Shown piece by piece: positions 34,498 through 48,021 of a stretch of 64,000 nucleotides of DNA (position 1 is the stretch's first letter; every line of letters starts with the position of its first letter). The stretch covers positions 124,001 to 188,000 of the forward strand of contig NIVC01000713.1 of the NCBI GenBank assembly GCA_002269645.1, given 5' to 3'. The translations under genes and the position numbers were made by a program. The notes beneath the pieces are model-generated. The model was not told the DNA's origin. It searched no databases and saw only the letters and a program-made list of their open reading frames with translations. The DNA comes from Macrostomum lignano. Its lineage: Eukaryota.

Positions 34498-37400
34498 TCA
34501 CCGAATAGCCGCGGGATTCCAGCAGAAGTGCTGTCCGCAGTCCATAGCGGCCAGAGCCGAGTGCACCTCATCGGGCAGCGGGCTGAGCCGCAGCGCAGCC
34601 TCGGCGTTCTCAGCAATATGAGCCGCCCGGATGGATTTCGGCAACGCTCCGATGCCCAAATCCGCAGCCCAGCGGAGCAGCAGTTGAGCAGGCGAACAGC
34701 CGGCAGTTTGAGCACAGCTGAGCACAGTGGGATGCTGCATCAGCTGCTGACAGTAGTCTGTGCTGCCCAGCGAGCTGTAGGCTTGGAAATGGATGCCCTG
34801 ATTGGCGCAGTAGTCGCGCAGGTCGCGGCGCTGCAGCATCGGATGGCACTCGGTCTGCAGCACGGCGCAGGGCGTCTTGGTGTAGCGGCGCAGCTCCTCG
34901 AGATGGTGCAGCTCGTAGTTGCTGACGCCGATGTGGCGCAGCTTGCCAGCGGATTGCAGCTCTTCGAGGGCGCGCCAGCTCTCGCGGCGGAGCTCCGCCT
35001 GCTTCGGGTCGCTGTGGCGGAGGCCCTGCGGAGTTGATAGTAGCTGAGATAGTGAGGATGCCAGTCTGAGATAGTGAGGATGCCAGTCTGAGATAATGAG
35101 GATGCCAGTGTGAGATAATGAGGATGCCAGTGTGAGATAGTGAGGATGCCAGTGTGAGATAATGAGGATGCCAGTCTGAGATAATGAGGATGCCAGTCAG
35201 ATAATGAGGATGCCAGTCTGAGATAGTGAGGATGCCAGTCTGAGATAATGAGGATGCCAGTCAGATAATGAGGATGCCAGTCTGAGATAGTGAGGATGCC
35301 AGTGTGAGATAATGAGGATGCCAGTCTGAGATAATGAGGATGCCAGTCTGAGATAGTGAGGATGCCAGTGTGAGATAATGAGGATGCCAGTCTGAGATAG
35401 TGAGGATGCCAGTGTGAGATAATGAGGATGCCAGTCTGAGATAGTGAGGATGCCAGTCTGAGATAATGAGGATGCCAGTCTGAGATAGTGAGGATGCCAG
35501 TGTGAGATAATGAGGATGCCATTCTGAGATAATGAGGATGCCAGTCTGAGATAGTGAGGATGCCAGTGTGAGATAGTGAGGATGCCAGTCTGAGATAATG
35601 AGGATGCCAGTCTGAGATAATGAGGATGCCAGTGTGAGATAATGAGGATGCCATTCTGAGATAATGAGGATGCCAGTCTGAAATAGTGAGGATGCCAGTG
35701 TGAGATAGTGAGGATGCCATTCTGAGATAATGAGGATGCCAGTCTGAGATAGTGAGGATGCCAGTGTGAGATAATGAGGATGCCAGTCTGAGATAGTGAG
35801 GATGCCAGTGTGAGATAATGAGGATGCCAGTCTGAGATAATGAGGATGCCAGTCTGAGATAATGAGGATGCCAGTCTGAGATAATGAGGATGCCAGTCTG
35901 AGATAATGAGGATGCCAGTCTGAGATAATGAGGATGCCAGTCTGAGATAATGAGGATGCCAGTCTGAGATAATGAGGTCCAGAAGCAGTATGAAAAAATA
36001 TTATACTACAGTAATGCAGTAAAATACAGTGCATTACAGTACACTACAGCAAAATACAGTGCAGTACAGCACACTACAGTATATTACAGTACAATACAGT
36101 ACACTAAAGTACTTGTTAATCAGTACACATCGCTCACCTGAACTCCGGGCCAATGGATCAAATACAAATCCAGATAATTGCACCTAAGCTTCTGAATGCT
36201 CTGCAGACAGGCCTTCTTAGCCGCCTCATAGCCCTGATGGCTGGGCGCCAGTTTGCTAGTGATAAACAGCTGCTCCCTACTCAGGCCGTGCCGCTGCACC
36301 AGCCCGTCGGGTCCGTCGAACAGAGCCGACCCGATCTCGGCCTCGTTTCGGTAGACTCCGGCTGTGTCGATGCCGCGATAGCCGGCGCCCAAAGCCGCGT
36401 CCAAACAGGCGTCGATCACGTCGAAGCCGCGAATTCGGAACGTGCCGACTGTTTGAATGCACGAGACTGGCTATTTTGTAGCTATCTGAGTTATTCAGCC
36501 TCAAAACACAAATCATACTACTTAGTAGCAAGGAAAAGGCTTTCAAAATGATGTTTTATGCTGAACAATTATTTGGCTATTGTTGAGTACAAGCTTTGGC
36601 TATTCTCTCTACATGTAGAGAGACAGAAGTCTATAAGAGATTCCCAAGCTAATGGACGGGGGATTCTCAAGCTAATGGACGGGGGATTCTCAAGCTGATG
36701 GGGGGGGGGAGATTCTCAAGCTGATGGACGGGGGATTCTCAAGCTGATGGGGGGGGAGATTCTCAAGCTAATGGACGGGGGATTCTCAAGCTGATGGACG
36801 GGGATTCTCAAGCTGATGGACGGGGGATTCTCAAGCTGATGGACGGGGGATTCTCAAGCTAATGGACGGGGGATTCTCAAGCTGATGGGGGGGGGAGATT
36901 CTCAAGCTGATGGACGGGGGATTCTCAAGCTGATGGGGGGGGGGAGATTCTCAAGCCGATGTAGGGGGAGATTCTCAAGCCGATGTAGGGGGAGATTCTC
37001 AAGCTGATGGGGGGGGGGAGATTCTCAAGCTGATGGGGGGGGAGATTCTCAAGCTGATGGGGGGGAGATTCTCAAGCTGATGGACGGGGGATTCTCAAGC
37101 TGATGGGGGGGAGATTCTCAAGCCGATGTAGGGGGAGATTCTCAAGCCGATGTAGGGGGAGATTCTCAAGCTGATGGGGGGGAGATTCTCAAGCTGATGG
37201 GGGGGGGAGATTCTCAAGCTGATGGGGGGGAGATTCTCAAGCTGATGGGGGGGGGAGATTCTCAAGCCGATGTAGGGGGAGATTCTCAAGCCGATGTAGG
37301 GGGAGATTCTCAAGCCGATGTAGGGGGAGATTCTCAAGCTGATGTAGGGGGAGATTCTCAAGCCGATGTAGGGGGAGATTCTCAAGCTGATGGGGGGGGA

Positions 37401-38914
37401 GATTCTCAAGCTGATGGGGGGGGAGATTCTCAAGCCGATGTAGGGGGAGATTCTCAAGCCGATGTAGGGGGAGATTCTCGAGCCGATGTAGGGGGAGATT
37501 CTCAAGCTGATGGGGGGGGGAGATTCTCAAGCCGATGTAGGGGGAGATTCTCAAGCTGATGGGGGGGGGAGATTCTTAAGCCGATGTAGGGGGAGATTCT
37601 CAAGCTGATGGGGGGGGATTCTCAAGCCGATGTAGGAGAGATTCTCAAGCTGATGGGGGGGGGGAGATTCTCAAGCTGATGGGGGGGGGAGATTCTCAAG
37701 CTGATGGGGGGGAGATTCTCAAGCTGATGGGGGGGGAGATTCTCAAGCTGATGGGGGGGAGATTCTCAAGCTGATGGGGGGGAGATTCTCAAGCTGATGG
37801 GGGGGGAGATTCTCAAGCTGATGGGGGGGGGAGATTCTCAAGCTGATGGGGGGGGGAGATTCTCAAGCCGATGTAGGGGGAGATTCTCAAGCCGATGTAG
37901 GGGGAGATTCTCAAGCCGATGTAGGGGGAGATTCTCGAGCCGATGTAGGGGGAGATTCTCAAGCTGATGGGGGGGGAGATTCTCAAGCCGATGTAGGGGG
38001 AGATTCTCAAGCTGATGGGGGGGAGATTCTTAAGCCGATGTAGGGGGAGATTCTCAAGCTGATGGGGGGGGATTCTCAAGCCGATGTAGGAGAGATTCTC
38101 AAGCTGATGGGGGGGGGAGATTCTCAAGCTGATGGGGGGGGGAGATTCTCAAGCTGATGGGGGGAGATTCTCAAGCTGATGGGGGGAGATTCTCAAGCTG
38201 ATGGGGGGGAGATTCTCAAGCTGATGGGGGGAGATTCTCAAGCTGATGGGGGGGAGATTCTCAAGCTGATGGGGGGGGAGATTCTCAAGCTGATGGGGGG
38301 GAGATTCTCAAGCCGATGTAGGGGAGATTCTCAAGCCGATGCAGGGGAGATTCTCAAGCCGATGTAGGGGGAGATTCTCAAGCCGATGTAGGGGGAGATT
38401 CTCAAGCTGATGGGGGGGGAGATTCTCATGCCGATGTAGGGGGAGATTCTCAAGCCGATGGAGGGGAGATTCTCAAGCTGATGTAGGGGGCGATTCTCAA
38501 GCCGATGGAGGGGGAGATTCTCAAGCCGATGTAGGGGGAGATTCTCAAGCCGATGTAGGGGGAGATTCTCAAGCTGATGGGGGGGGGAGATTCTCAAGCC
38601 GATGTAGGGGGAGATTCTCAAGCCGATGTAGGGGGAGATTCTCAAGCCGATGTAGGGGGGGATTCTCAAGCCGATGGAGGGGAGGTTCTCAACCTGATGG
38701 GAGGAGATTCTCAAGCTGATAGATGGGAGATTCTGGGAGTGAATCGAAAAGTACAAGGCGTGATAGTTAATGTACACAAGAGAACTTTTTTAACCGCGTG
38801 ACGCCAACCAGTTATTATTTAAAACTCACGAAACAGCGTAGGGATTTTATCCCCATTGTACAGCCGAGCCCAGCCCGGGGCGTTGGGCTCGCTGATCTCA
38901 TGTTGAGACGCCAT
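34498..38914 (-). CDS. Aldo-keto reductase family enzyme, 307 aa. Exons 38914-38830, 36448-36138, 35025-34498
   Basis: Catalytic tetrad context GIDTAGVYRNE, FITSKL, YLDLYLIHWPG; also IGVSNY, QTECHP, QAYSSLG, LPKS..HIAEN. Phases are consistent. Confidence 0.93.
35044..35978. repeat. 22-bp minisatellite (GAGATAATGAGGATGCCAGTCT), AKR intron 2
   Basis: About 42 units. Confidence 0.93.
36643..38730. repeat. About 24-bp G-rich minisatellite (GGGGGAGATTCTCAAGCCGATGTA / ...GCTGATGG), AKR intron 1
   Basis: About 88 units with a variable poly-G run. Confidence 0.93.
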
Positions 38915-39128
38915 GGCGGTAAAAAGGTGCTTAAAAGGTATTTCGTTTAATAGCAGGGCTTTGGCTAAACTGACTTTGACACTCACTGGCCGCGTTGAAG
39001 CATGCAACAATTAGGATTAACAAAGACTGGCAATATTATAGGTTCTTTGGTCTTTTATCTACTGTGTTCAAGCAGAGTTTGCATGTATTTTTACGTGCGA
39101 AAGGGCCATTAGTTCACCAAGATGTTTA

Positions 39129-39460
39129 GGGGAGGCTGGCCCAGCAACTGAAGATCTGGGAGGCTGGCCCAGCAACTGAGGATCTGGGAGGCTGGCCCAG
39201 CAACTGAAGATCTGGGAGGCTGGCCCAGCAACTGAAGATCTGGGAGGCTGGCCCAGAAACTGAGGATCTGGGAGGCTGGCCCAGAAACTGAGGATCTGGG
39301 AGGCTGGCCCAGAAACTGAGGATCTGGGAGGCTGGCCCAGCAACTGAGGATCTGGGAGGCTGGCCCAGCAACTGAGGATCTGAGAGGCTGGCCCAGCAAC
39401 TGAGGATCTGAGAGGCTGGCCCAGCAACTGAGGATCTGGGAGGCTGGCCCAGCAACTGAG
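39129..39460. repeat. 28-bp minisatellite (CTGGGAGGCTGGCCCAGCAACTGAGGAT)
   Basis: About 12 units. Confidence 0.9.
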
Positions 39461-40094
39461 ACTACTATTCAAAGTATGGAGAGCAAACAAAATGACAAAG
39501 ACTACAATGCCACCTTCAAGCAATGCGAGGCATGGCATATAATTTATTCATACTTTTGTTAATAATCAAGATTGCGAAAGAAAGCTTTAATCAATTTTAC
39601 ATATATAGTGTCTTACTAATAGAAACAAAAGTATAACTGTACCGTATAGTTAACCTTATTGTAGAAATCATAGCACAGATTTTAGTGAGTAGTGGAAGCT
39701 ATTACAAGCAACTCACACTGGCCTCTTGCTTTAAAGTAAATATACATGTATGTACACGAAAAAATTGGTTAGCGAATAGTATAGCGATAAATATGCTTGC
39801 AAGTTAAACAAATCTTTAATAGGCTAAGAAAATTAAACGAAATGAATTCAATAGCGCAGCAATGCGATGAAACAAACGATACACTCTGTTTAACGTAACG
39901 AAATAACAGCATTAGCTAATTTTTCTATTCAGTTAAAACAAATTAAAGAAAATTGATTTAAAAAGAACAGTGTAATCTTTTTTGGCCATGTACGAGTAAT
40001 TGAAATCCAGACAGGATTAGCATGGGTTTATATACGAGCCGTAGCCCGTAGGTAAATAGGTAAATAAGCTAGGCTTTATGCTGGTTAAGTTTAG

Positions 40095-40640
40095 GTAAGT
40101 AGGTAGGTAAAGCAAGTAGGTAGATAAATACGTAGATAAGGTAGTTCAGTAGGTATATAAGGTAGTTCAGTAGGTAGATAAGGTAGTTCAGTAGGTAGAT
40201 AAGGTAGGTAAGTATGTAAATATGGTAAGTAGATAAGGTAGGTGAATAGGTAGATAAGGTAGGTCAATATGTAGATAAGGTAGGTGAATAGGTAGATAAG
40301 GTAGGTCAATATGTAGATAAGGTAGGTCAATATGTAGATAAGATAGGTGAATAGGTAGATAAGGTGGGTCAATAGGTAGATAAGGTAGGTGAATAGGTAG
40401 ATAAGGTAGGTCAATATGTAGATAAGGTAGGTGAATAGGTAGATAAGGTGGGTCAATATGTAGATAAGGTAGGTGAATAAGTAGATAAGGTAGGTGAATA
40501 GGTAGATAAGGTAGGTCAATATGTAGATAAGATAGGTGAATAGGTAGATAAGGTGGGTCAATAGGTAGATAAGGTAGGTGAATAGGTAGATAAGGTAGGT
40601 CAATATGTAGATAAGGTAGGCAGCGAATTAGATAAGGTAG
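40095..40640. repeat. 21-bp minisatellite (GTAGATAAGGTAGGTGAATAG)
   Basis: About 25 units. Confidence 0.88.
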
Positions 40641-41134
40641 ATAGACCGATACGTAGTATAAAATAGGTTAGGATAGTTAATTAGTCAGCAGGTGAATTGA
40701 TACACAAATTGTAGGCTAAGTGTATTCACACGTATCTGATGGGTAGGTAAGAAAGTAGACAGGTATGTTGCTAAATATTTCTTGCTAAACAGTGAAATAC
40801 TGAAGTATGTTAAATACGATAAAAACTCAACAAACAATATCTAAACACTTCTAAGGTACTGCGATTCGAAGGAATAGTATATATTATATTATAGTGAAAA
40901 GTAAACAATGCCACACTAATGCTAAGCAAATATAAAAGTCAACATTAAGGTGAGGTTGAGTAGGTAACGCAGGTCATTTAATGCACAAGTAGTAGGCACA
41001 CACATATGGTAGATTCAACTCAGTAGAAATCATTTCTCATTGTCTGCAAATGAAACACAGTTTGGTAAATTGAAGCGATAACTTTTCTCGCCTAGGTGGA
41101 TATCATTAAACATCTGCTGCAAAGCTGGCCGGCA

Positions 41135-44100
41135 CTACATAATGTACACTCGTTTGGCCTCGTTGAGCTCGAATCGATTTTGAGTTCGAGGACAGATTAT
41201 GTACCCGCCGTTGCGTTGGGCCATTTCGAGCAGACTCTGCGCCAGTTTAATAGGTGGAGTGAGTTCTTAATAAAGCTAGTTAGTGCTAGAGCTTCACAAA
41301 ACTAAAATCGAAATTACTTTCGAAGAAACACAATTTTATTAAAACGAACATGCTTTCTAAGAAACAAACATGCTTTCTAAGAAACAAACATGCTTTCTAA
41401 GAAACAAACATGCTTTCTAAGAAACAAACATGCTTTCTAAGAAACAAACATGCTTTCTAAAAAAACAAACACGCTTTCTGAAAAAACATGCTTTCCAAGA
41501 AACAAAAATGCTTTCTGTCTAAAAAACAAACATGCTTTCTAAGAAACAAACATGCTTTCTAAGAAACAAACATGCTTTCTAAGAAACAAACATGCTTTCT
41601 AAGAAACAAACATGCTTTCTAAAAAAACAAACACGCTTTCTGAAAAAACATGCTTTCCAAGAAACAAAAATGCTTTCTGTCTAAAAAACAAACATGCTTT
41701 CTAAGAAACAAACATGCTTTCTAAGAAACAAACATGCTTTCTAAGAAACAAACATGCTTTCTAAAAAACAAACATGCTTTCTGAAAAAACATGCTTTCCA
41801 AGAAACAAACATGCTTTCTGTCTAACAAACAAACATGCTTTCTAAGAAACAAACATGCTTTCTAAGAAACATACATGCTTTCTAAGAAACAAACATGCTA
41901 AAAAAACAAAATGATTTCTGAAAAAACTTGCATATGAAGAAAATACATGCTTTCTGTCTAACAAACAAACATGCTTTTTAAGAAAAAAGTATGCTTTCTT
42001 AGAAAACAAAACATGTTTTCTTAGAAAATCCAATGTCTTGAAGCTATGTTTTACTAGGCGGACTTAAGACACCTGCTTTTTCTTGAACTGGTTAATTAAG
42101 AACTAAAGCTACCAACTATCATAAAAACAACAATTACTCACCTTCTGGCTATAGATATTGCCGTTAGGCAGAGCCATAGGCGGATTATCGTGGTCCATGG
42201 GCAGGCGCGAGATCGGGCAGATCAGCTTGGACTGGGTGTACTGAGCCTTGGGCAGCGACTGGGCCAGCTGGCCGAAGTGCGGCTGGCAGACCGGACACTC
42301 CAGACAGCGCTTGCCCTCCTTACCGCATTGGCTGAGGTGGGTTGGGGATTTTGCGGCATCAATTATTGACAATATATCAATATATCATATATCAGTACAA
42401 ATAAACTCAATACAAACGAGCTAAACAAAGACACCGGCGATAGCAAAACTACAAAGATCGAAGAAATACTACTCCTGAATTAATGACAGTGATAACAAAA
42501 ATGACAGTGATAACAAAAACCCCCAGTGATAACAGACACCGTATGATAACAAAGACAACAAAGACACCCATCGACAACAAAGACAACAAAGATACTAAGT
42601 GACAACAAAGATAAAACAGTGATATGAGTAACAAAGACAACAAATACACCCAGTGACAACAAAGACACCCGATGATAACAAAGACAACAAAGACACCCAG
42701 TGACAACAAAGACACCCAGTGACAACAAAGACACCCAGTGACAACAAAGACACCCAGTGACAACAAAGACACCCAGTGACAACAAAGACACCCAGTGACA
42801 ACAAAGACACCCAGTGACAACAAAGACACCCAGTGACAACAAAGACACCCAGTGACAACAAAGACACCCAGTGACAACAGACAACCCAGTGATAACAACA
42901 AGCACTTACTTAGTCTTCAAAGCGGATAATCCAGTCTGTAGGTTAGCGCAGAAGATGCTACCAGAAGCGATGGAGAACACAGCGCAATTCACCTGTCGGA
43001 ACTTGTCAACCAGACGATGCCACACGGCCGGCTCGGTGAGGTGCCGGTATTTCTCAGGCGGTTGGCCGTCTTTGTCGCAGGGCAAGGCCAGCAGCCCCAT
43101 CGCCTCGCAAAGGCTGCGATTTCGTTCGGCCAACAGCTCGGCCGGCGCCTCCGTGTCCGCCTCCGGCGACAGGTGCTTGCGGGCGTACTTGACGGCATCA
43201 AGACGGCGACCCTGCTGTACCAGCTTGACAAAGTCCTGCGGGAATATACAACCAAATTCACTGCTACTTTAAGTCGAGCAGGACTATGGTAACTCCAAAT
43301 CTGCCTCAAGATCTATTGGTTCCATACTTGCCCCAGACTAGGGGCATGACCCAAAAGGTTAAAATGGGTCAACTGGGACCCAATATTTACTAGGTCAACT
43401 ATGACCCAAACAACAGCTGGGTCAACTATGACCGAACCCCAGCTGGGTCAATTATGACCCTAACCTTTACTGTGTAAACTATGACCTAAATCTTTACTAG
43501 GTCAACTATGACCCAAACCCCCCCCAGCTGGGTCAACTATGACCCAAACCCCCCAGCTGGGTCAACTATGACCCAAACCCAGACTGGGTTAACTATGACG
43601 CAAACCCCAGTTGGGTCAACGATGACCCAAACCCCAGTTGGGTTAACTATACCCCAAACCCCAGCTGGGTCAACGATGACCCAAACCCCAGTTGGGTTAA
43701 CTATACCCCAAACCCCAGCTGGGTCAACGATGACCCAAACCCCAGTTGGGTTAACTATACCCCAAACCCCAGCTGGGTCAACTATGACCCAAATCTTTAC
43801 TTTTTTTAACCATGACCCAGGCCATTACTGGGGCAACCATGACCCAAACCAATACTGAGTCAACCATGACCAAAGCCATAACTGGGTCACAAATGACCCT
43901 AATCCACTACAGGTTCATAATAATGAAGCCTACAATAAAAAACCGACTCACCTGCAGTCGCAAAGAGTACTCAAAGTTGCTACCTAATTTTCGCAATTTC
44001 GAACGATGCTCGGTGCACCAAGCCACGGCTTCGCTGGTGTCGGCAGACATTAAAGACTTCTCAACGCCTTGACAGGCGGCAAAATAGGGCAGATTAGTCA

Positions 44101-47100
44101 GCTGTTCAACGTCGTGCAATTTAGCCAATCGTTGAGCCGTAGAGTGCAGGCCGTGACGAAGGAAATAATCCACCATCATGCAGGTGATGCGCCGGCGTTC
44201 CCAGTAGCGCTGGCAGGTGGCCTGGCTGACTGGCGTACCCGATGACTGCTGCTGCTGCTGCCTGTAGCCGTCTGCGCCGCGAAGGTAGTCAAGGCGTCGC
44301 TTGGCCGACTGCAAGTGATCCACTTCCTCTTCCAGGCCATCGTCCGCCTTTGAGGAGTATTAGGGTGATTGTGATGGAGCTCAGGGGTGATTGTGATTGA
44401 GCTCAAGGGTGATTGTGATGGAGCTCAGGGGTGATTGTGATGGAGCTCAGGGGTGATTGTGATGGAGCTCAAGGGTGATTGTGATGGAGCTCAGGGGTGA
44501 TTGTGATGGAGCTCAAGGGTGATTGTGATGGAGCTCAAGGGTGATTGTGATGGAGCTCAAGGATGATTGTGATGGAGCTCAAGGGTGATTGTGATGGAGC
44601 TCAAGGGTGATTGTGATGGAGCTCAAGGATGATTGTGATGGAGCTCAAGGATGATTGTGATGGAGCTCAAGGATGATTGTGATGGAGCTCAAGGGTGATT
44701 GTGATGGAGCTCAAGGGTGATTGTGATGGAGCTCAAGGGTGATTGTGATGGAGCTCAGGGGTGATTGTGATGGAGCTCAAGGGTGATTGTGATGGAGCTC
44801 AAGGATGATTGTGATGGAGCTCAAGGATGATTGTGATGGAGCTCAAGGGTGATTGTGATGGAGCTCAAGGGTGATTGTGATGGAGCTCAAGGGTGATTGT
44901 GATGGGGCTCAGGGGTGATTGTGATGGAGCTCAGGGGTGATTGTGATGGAGCTCAGGGGTGATTGTGATGGAGCTCAAGGCTGACTGTGATGGAGCTCAT
45001 GGATAATTGTGATGGGGTTCAAGGATGATGGATGATTGTGATGGAGCTCAAGGGTGATCGTGATAGGGTTCAAGAATGATTGTGATTGTATTATCTTATG
45101 TAACTTATTGTTATCATATACAATAAAGCATAATACTGCAGACCAAACAACAAACCTTTCGCTTCAGCTTTGACAGTTTGTCAATCACTCCTGTGAGTAT
45201 TTGATTCACATCTTGCTGCGTCTTAGCTTTGGTTAAGTCGTCAGAATTCTTGGTTAGTATTGAAATATCCTTGTCCATTTGTTTTTGAACAGCTCGAAAA
45301 GTCTTATTAAGTGACTCATATGGCACCTACAAAAGAGATAAGAAAAAAATTTTAATTAGACACAGGTAAAATATATGACTACAAATGCTGAAATACAAAC
45401 AGACTTAAGGTAATATATTAACTAGACCATGATATTTATTAGGCCTAGGCCTATTCTTAAAAAATATATTTAACTAGGCCTATTGTCCATGCAATTTTCC
45501 AGCTTTACAAGTGCCAAGTTCCAAGTGGTAATTTAAAGTTGCTATTCTCACAAAGCCAGCCAACGATCACCATTTTTTTCTTTGCCCCCACTTCAATACA
45601 ATAGCTACCACAAGATTTCTAAGACATCTAGTAAAATAAGAATTTTCTAAAAGTGATATCCTATAAACAAAAGATATATATATCTATAATGACTTGGTGG
45701 CACAATAGGAATAAGCTAAAGAAGTTAACCCTAGAACAAAAATATTAATCTTAAATTTTGATTATATTTAAATAATAATCAACAAGATTTGATTATAATA
45801 TTATAGATCACGAGGCCAACTCCTCCATTGGAAGAGAAAGGAGAAGAACTCCTATCACCAGAATCCTATGCCTGAAATCCATCAGCTGAATCTTATGACC
45901 CGAATCCCATCATCTAAGTCCTTTCCAAAATCCATCAAAATCCTCTCTATGAAACAGAAATCCATCAAAATCCTCTCTTTCAAACAGATATTTATTTATA
46001 AAAACTCTCTCAGTGAAATAGATATTCATCAAAACTCTCTCAGTGAAACAGATATTCATAAAAACTCTTTCAGTGAAACAGATATTCATCAAAATTATCT
46101 CCATAAAATAGATATTCATCAAAACTCTCTAAGTGAAACAGATATTCATCAAAACTCTCTCAGTAAAACAGATATTCATCAAAATTCTCTTTGTGAAACA
46201 GATATTCATCAAAATCCTTTCCATGAAACAGAACTCCATTAAAATCCTTTTTGTGAAACCAATATTCATCAAAATTCACTCTGTAAAACAAATATCTATC
46301 AATATTATCTCTTTCAAGCAAAAATACATCAATTTAATTAACAGACTCTGTTAAATTGGAGTGTATTAAAAACACTTTCTAATTGTTTGGCTTAAATATA
46401 TGCAAAGAAATGGATTCAGTGCTAAGGGTTAGGGTTAGAGCTGCATAATGCTGCCTATTAAAAGGTGCCAATAATAAAAAAATTGAACCAATTGAACCAA
46501 TTAATTACAAAATTGATTTTTTACTCAGTCAGTATTAGTCTCAGTTAAAGTTAACAAAATGATTGTACAATATAAATCAGCTCTCCAATACACAGTGGCA
46601 GTTAGAAGTTGAAGCCTCCAAATTTATCAATTGCATCTTGCAAAATGAGTACAATCTTTGAAGAAAGTTAAAAGTATAGAAAATCGTTTTTTGAATGCTA
46701 TGCTTTTAGTTTTCATACTAAAAGCAAGCAACTTATATCAGCATTGAAAGATCTATCCAGCAATATCTTTTTTCTCAAAGTTCAAAACTTAAAGAAAAGT
46801 TTACGTTTGAAATTTCCCAGTTAAAAGCATTGCATTTTTGAGTGTACATTCACTGTCTGCTACAGTAAGAGGCTTGCAAGTTTATGCATTGAATTTCATT
46901 GTCCGCCAGTTAGCAAGGGTCCAAGATACACACGCAGCCACTTAGAATGCCCCTACCCTACCCCACTAGAGAGAAAATACACTGCCGAGATAAGAAAAAG
47001 TTGTGGCGCAATCACTCAAAATTAATGCAAATTTTCAGTTCAAAGCAGAAAAAAGGCCAAAGAAGGTTAAGAAACCAGTTGTCTACTTTTTTAACAGACT

Positions 47101-48021
47101 TAATTTTGAAAATTTAATGCGTAGAAAAATTTAAAAAAATTTGAATTGAAATTAAATTCAAAATTAAAATTGAAATTTGACTTAGGGTGCAAAAAGTGCA
47201 CTAGAATTTTTTGCAAGGATGTGATATGGATTTCACAATTTATTGTTTTATGGATGTCTTAAGTCTATAACTTCATATTCTTAGAATTAGCCAGTAATTT
47301 GAAACACACTATTAGTGTTAGACCATTTTTTGTCTGCAGCAGTGCAGCGCATCCTGGTCTTGAAAATTGCACCCTGAAATCTAGCACAAGGTATGAAATC
47401 GCACCCAAGTTATAGACAAAAAACCTAGCTGACAAACTATTTTTAGTACATTAGATTTGGCCTAGTGAAGAAATTAAAGGTAAAATTTTACCTTTTAATT
47501 TAAGTTTAAATTTATATGAAAACAAAAACTACAAGGGTGAATATTCCAAGACTTTAATTTAAAGACTTCTTACTTGTATCTTTATTCTATTGTTATACTA
47601 GTGTATGTCTTAAACTAACAAGTTATGCCAAATTGCATAGGCCTACACATATTGCTTTGCTTACACTAGGCCTAGGCCTAGAATATAACAAAATATTAAT
47701 CAAATCAAGATACGAGAAAAGGTCTTAAAAATCTAGAATATTTATCACTAAACAAATAGATACTTGTGTTAACTGTTAGCAATTTAACCAGACAAAGAGC
47801 AAAAAGGCTATTCATCTGGTCAGTGGTCCCCAGAAAAGACAACAACTGCTGAAAAAATAGGTTTAGCTTTAGGCCTACTTTTTTACAACCAGGTCTATTT
47901 TACTTAAGGCTAAAAAAATAAAAAATAACCCTTTCCGACTTTCTCTTTCTTCTTCACTTACCCGCAATGTTGAGTGATTCATGATGCGAATTGAATTAAA
48001 AACATCCACTGAGCTCTCCAT
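41135..48021 (-). CDS. MAEA: MAEA / GID9 (CTLH E3 ligase RING subunit), 414 aa. Exons 48021-47962, 45326-45156, 44347-43952, 43235-42910, 42331-42142, 41236-41135
   Basis: STLR|VPYESLNKTFR, LisH (MVDYFLRHG), CTLH (AVAWCTEHRSKL), LQTGLSALKT, CPVC..LICPIS..PPMALPNG, C-terminal CPRT..KRVYIM*. All junctions are phase-consistent (1245 nt). Confidence 0.95.
41348..42022. repeat. 20-bp minisatellite (AAGAAACAAACATGCTTTCT), MAEA intron 5
   Basis: About 33 units. Confidence 0.9.
42485..42900. repeat. 19-bp minisatellite (GACAACAAAGACACCCAGT), MAEA intron 4
   Basis: About 20 units. Confidence 0.88.
43345..43900. repeat. About 27-bp minisatellite (GGGTCAACTATGACCCAAACCCCAGCT), MAEA intron 3
   Basis: About 20 units, each with an internal GGGTCA/TGACCC inverted repeat. 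Confidence 0.88.
44363..45085. repeat. 22-bp minisatellite (GTGATTGTGATGGAGCTCAAGG), MAEA intron 2
   Basis: About 33 units. Confidence 0.92.
45955..46280. repeat. 30-bp minisatellite (GAAACAGATATTCATCAAAACTCTCTCAGT), MAEA intron 1
   Basis: About 10 diverged units. Confidence 0.82.

Noticed and set aside
14108-46354. Long low-complexity ORFs (CVCHLI, SRVELVPG, LSLFTLSP, HWHPHYL, LRISP, YLFTYLI, TDIHQNS and similar)
   Set aside because: Each is a translation of a minisatellite located in an intron or intergenic gap.
46424-46440. TTAGGG telomeric motif
   Set aside because: Only about two units; expected by chance.
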